Part shown: one piece after another, positions 61,817 to 64,000 of the stretch
Numbering within the stretch: position 1 is the stretch's first letter
How the letters are laid out: each line of letters opens with the position of its first letter
From: Nitrospirota bacterium
GTDB lineage: Bacteria > Nitrospirota > UBA9217
Assembly (NCBI GenBank): GCA_963840455.1
Contig: CAWIYV010000011.1
Location: forward strand, 860,580 to 924,579
Direction of reading: 5' to 3'
Length of the DNA stretch: 64,000 nt
Program-made: the position numbers and the translations under genes
The notes under the pieces: model-generated
The model's input: the letters and a program-made list of their open reading frames with translations, nothing else
Database searches by the model: none
What the model was told of the DNA's origin: nothing

Positions 61817-63064
61817 ATGACATATTCAACGCGCTCAAAACTTCCCTTCCATTATGCATGGATCATCGTCGTCAGCGGTACGGTCGTTATCATGGCCTGC
61901 CTCGGGCTGGGGCGCTTTGCCCTGGGCATGCTGCTTCCCTCCATGGCGTCATCGCTCAAGCTTTCCTACGCCCAGATCGGCTACATCAGCACCGGCAACT
62001 TTATCGGCTATCTCGCTTCGGTCCTGCTCTGCGCCCCTCTCGCGCGGAAGATCGGGTCCCGCCAGCTCATCATCATCGCCCTCGCCATCATCGCCTTCTC
62101 CATGATGCTCATCAGCCAGGCGCAGACCTTCAGCGCTGTCCTGGTCCTTTATTTTTTTACCGGCCTGGGAAGCGGAGCCGCCAATGTCCCCATGATGGGG
62201 CTCATCACCGCGTGGTTCGATCGCTCCATACGCGGCAGGGCGGCGGGATTTGTCGTTATCGGAAGCGGCTTCGCCATCATCCTATCGGGAAAGCTTATCC
62301 CCTATGTAAATGGCTTGAAAGGTCCGGAGGGATGGCGGACGAACTGGATGGTCCTGGCCGCTGCCGTGACGGCCATTGCCGTGATCGCCTATCTGGTCCT
62401 TCGGAACCGTCCCGAGGAAAAGGGCTTGCAGCCCCTCGGAAGCGACGAGCGGACGTTCGTCCCGGTCCAGCACAATGCTTTGCCGGCCGGCGACAGCATC
62501 TACCGGAACAGGACGCTCTATCTCCTTGGCTCCATCTATTTCGTGTTCGGGTACACCTATGTCATCTATGCCACGTTTATTGTGACCACGCTGGTAAAGG
62601 AGCGCGGGCTCTCGGAGTCGATCGCCGGGAACTTTTGGTCATGGATCGGATTTCTGAGCCTCTTCTCCGGGCCGGTCTTCGGAACGCTGTCGGACCGGAT
62701 CGGCAGGAAATCCGGGCTCATGATCGTCTTCGCCCTCCAGACGCTGGCATACCTTCTGGTCGCGGCAAACCTGCCGGCGCTTTTCCTCTATCTGTCCATC
62801 TTCTGCTACGGCATCGTGGCCTGGTCGATCCCATCCATCATGGTCGCCGCCGTGAGCGAGTACGTAGGGCCGGAAAAGGCCCTGGCGGCCTTCGGGTTCA
62901 TCACCTTCATCTTCGGGCTCGGCCAGATCACCGGCCCCTCCGTCGCCGGCATCCTTGCCGAACGGACAGGCAGCTTTTCGTCCAGCTTTTTCATGGCCGC
63001 AGCCTTTGCAGCCACCGCCATCCTGCTGACCGCGTACCTTCGCAAGCCCGCGACACAGCTTTAG
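61817..63064 (+). CDS. MFS transporter (YbfB/YjiJ-like)
   Basis: GLGRFA.GMLLP.M, N..GYL, G.LSDRIGR; ~12 TM. Confidence 0.9.
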   Translation: MTYSTRSKLPFHYAWIIVVSGTVVIMACLGLGRFALGMLLPSMASSLKLSYAQIGYISTGNFIGYLASVLLCAPLARKIGSRQLIIIALAIIAFSMMLISQAQTFSAVLVLYFFTGLGSGAANVPMMGLITAWFDRSIRGRAAGFVVIGSGFAIILSGKLIPYVNGLKGPEGWRTNWMVLAAAVTAIAVIAYLVLRNRPEEKGLQPLGSDERTFVPVQHNALPAGDSIYRNRTLYLLGSIYFVFGYTYVIYATFIVTTLVKERGLSESIAGNFWSWIGFLSLFSGPVFGTLSDRIGRKSGLMIVFALQTLAYLLVAANLPALFLYLSIFCYGIVAWSIPSIMVAAVSEYVGPEKALAAFGFITFIFGLGQITGPSVAGILAERTGSFSSSFFMAAAFAATAILLTAYLRKPATQL

Positions 63065-63280
63065 CCGCGCAGAGTGCCGGTTCGCCGCCCCGGCGCGGGA
63101 TCCCCTGCACCGTACCTGGATCGCCGAGCATCCTCAAGGCTCCAGCCCGGACTGCATCGCGATGCGCTAGGAAGAACAGCCCACTCCTCGTTAATCCGGC
63201 TGCGGCCACTGAATAATTCGCTGACGCTTCTTCTGGATCCGATCGACAGCCAACTGTTGCGCCTGATGAGGTTTTGGCTG

Positions 63281-63997
63281 TTACGGCTGTGACACTTGCG
63301 GCGGGAAGGGCTGCGGTACGTATGACGGTCGCTGCGGCCGCTGCGGCTGCGGCGCGTATTGCGGTTGCTGCGGCTGTGGCGGTTGCTGTGGTTGCTGCGG
63401 TTTCTGCGGCGGCTGCTGCGTTCCTTCGCCTGACAGTGAGACACGCCCTTCCACGAGGGTGGCAGTATCCAGGATTACAATAAAATCCTTGTTCGCTTCC
63501 TTGATCTTGTACGTCGTACCAATCTTATCGCCGATCTTCACGATGAAAAGTTCGCCGTCTTTGGATAAGAAGAGCGTCGTCTCTTTCTCGGACAGATACC
63601 CAAGATAGCGGAATTTCGCGAGATCCGCACGTGCAAGGTCCGCGGCGATCTCCTCGGCCGTCTTCACCGGACCGGTGGGTGACGGGGCGGTCACCACGAC
63701 AGGCGCGGCCGGCTTCGGCTTTGGCCGGGCTACGGGATTCTCCATCCGGAAGATGTTGCGAACTACCCCCGGATAGGGCTCGGCGGACCGTTCAAGAATT
63801 ACGCTCAGCGGGTCGGCTGCACCACCGCGGGCCTGCGCGGCCGGCCTCACCGACGTACTGGCAACTGCGCCGCGGTCATACATCAGCGGTGTGGTCCGCG
63901 GCCCTTCTGCAGTCAGGAGGCGATAACCGTTCACCAGAATGATGACCGCGATCGAGGTGCCAAGGAAGAGCTTCTGCTGTTCTTTTGTAAATGTCAT
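63281..63997 (-). CDS. Membrane-anchored protein with Gln/Pro-rich tail, possibly type II secretion/pilus accessory
   Basis: N-terminal TM, RNIF, FRYLG...FLSK....FIVK.GD. Confidence 0.6.
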   Translation of the reverse strand: MTFTKEQQKLFLGTSIAVIILVNGYRLLTAEGPRTTPLMYDRGAVASTSVRPAAQARGGAADPLSVILERSAEPYPGVVRNIFRMENPVARPKPKPAAPVVVTAPSPTGPVKTAEEIAADLARADLAKFRYLGYLSEKETTLFLSKDGELFIVKIGDKIGTTYKIKEANKDFIVILDTATLVEGRVSLSGEGTQQPPQKPQQPQQPPQPQQPQYAPQPQRPQRPSYVPQPFPPQVSQP

Positions 63998-64000
63998 GGG

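Overview
GC-rich bacterial chromosome segment. Gene content suggests an anaerobic Nitrospirota- or Desulfobacterota-like organism (inference only). The left ~20 kb is an accessory tract of about 25 small, almost all minus-strand genes and gene remnants: 4 toxin-antitoxin modules, YCII x2, M23-like lipoprotein, sterol-desaturase family, hemerythrin, PilZ, SDR, TfoX, AI-2E and an Mrr-like protein. They are separated by about 25 degenerate copies of one same-orientation ~26-38 bp site (minus-strand consensus GGAA-tgt-CAA-N6-AGACCTGACCC followed by a CCTNAGG-centred palindrome). A duplicated YCII unit starts and ends exactly at these sites, several 5'-truncated gene remnants abut them, and an IS110-family element has inserted into one. 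This looks like an integron-like gene-cassette array with a non-attC site; no dedicated recombinase is visible in the window. The rest is core-like: dppBC, rsmA, gmhA plus a deoxyhypusine-synthase-like gene bracketed by ~425 bp inverted repeats, a chemotaxis operon, a sigma54/USP/TauE-SafE cluster, tRNA-Glu and tRNA-Gln, an octaheme nitrite reductase, and a liv-type ABC/paaK cluster. Several nested MITE/REP-like repeat families occupy intergenic spaces. All calls were made by eye; no database searches were run.
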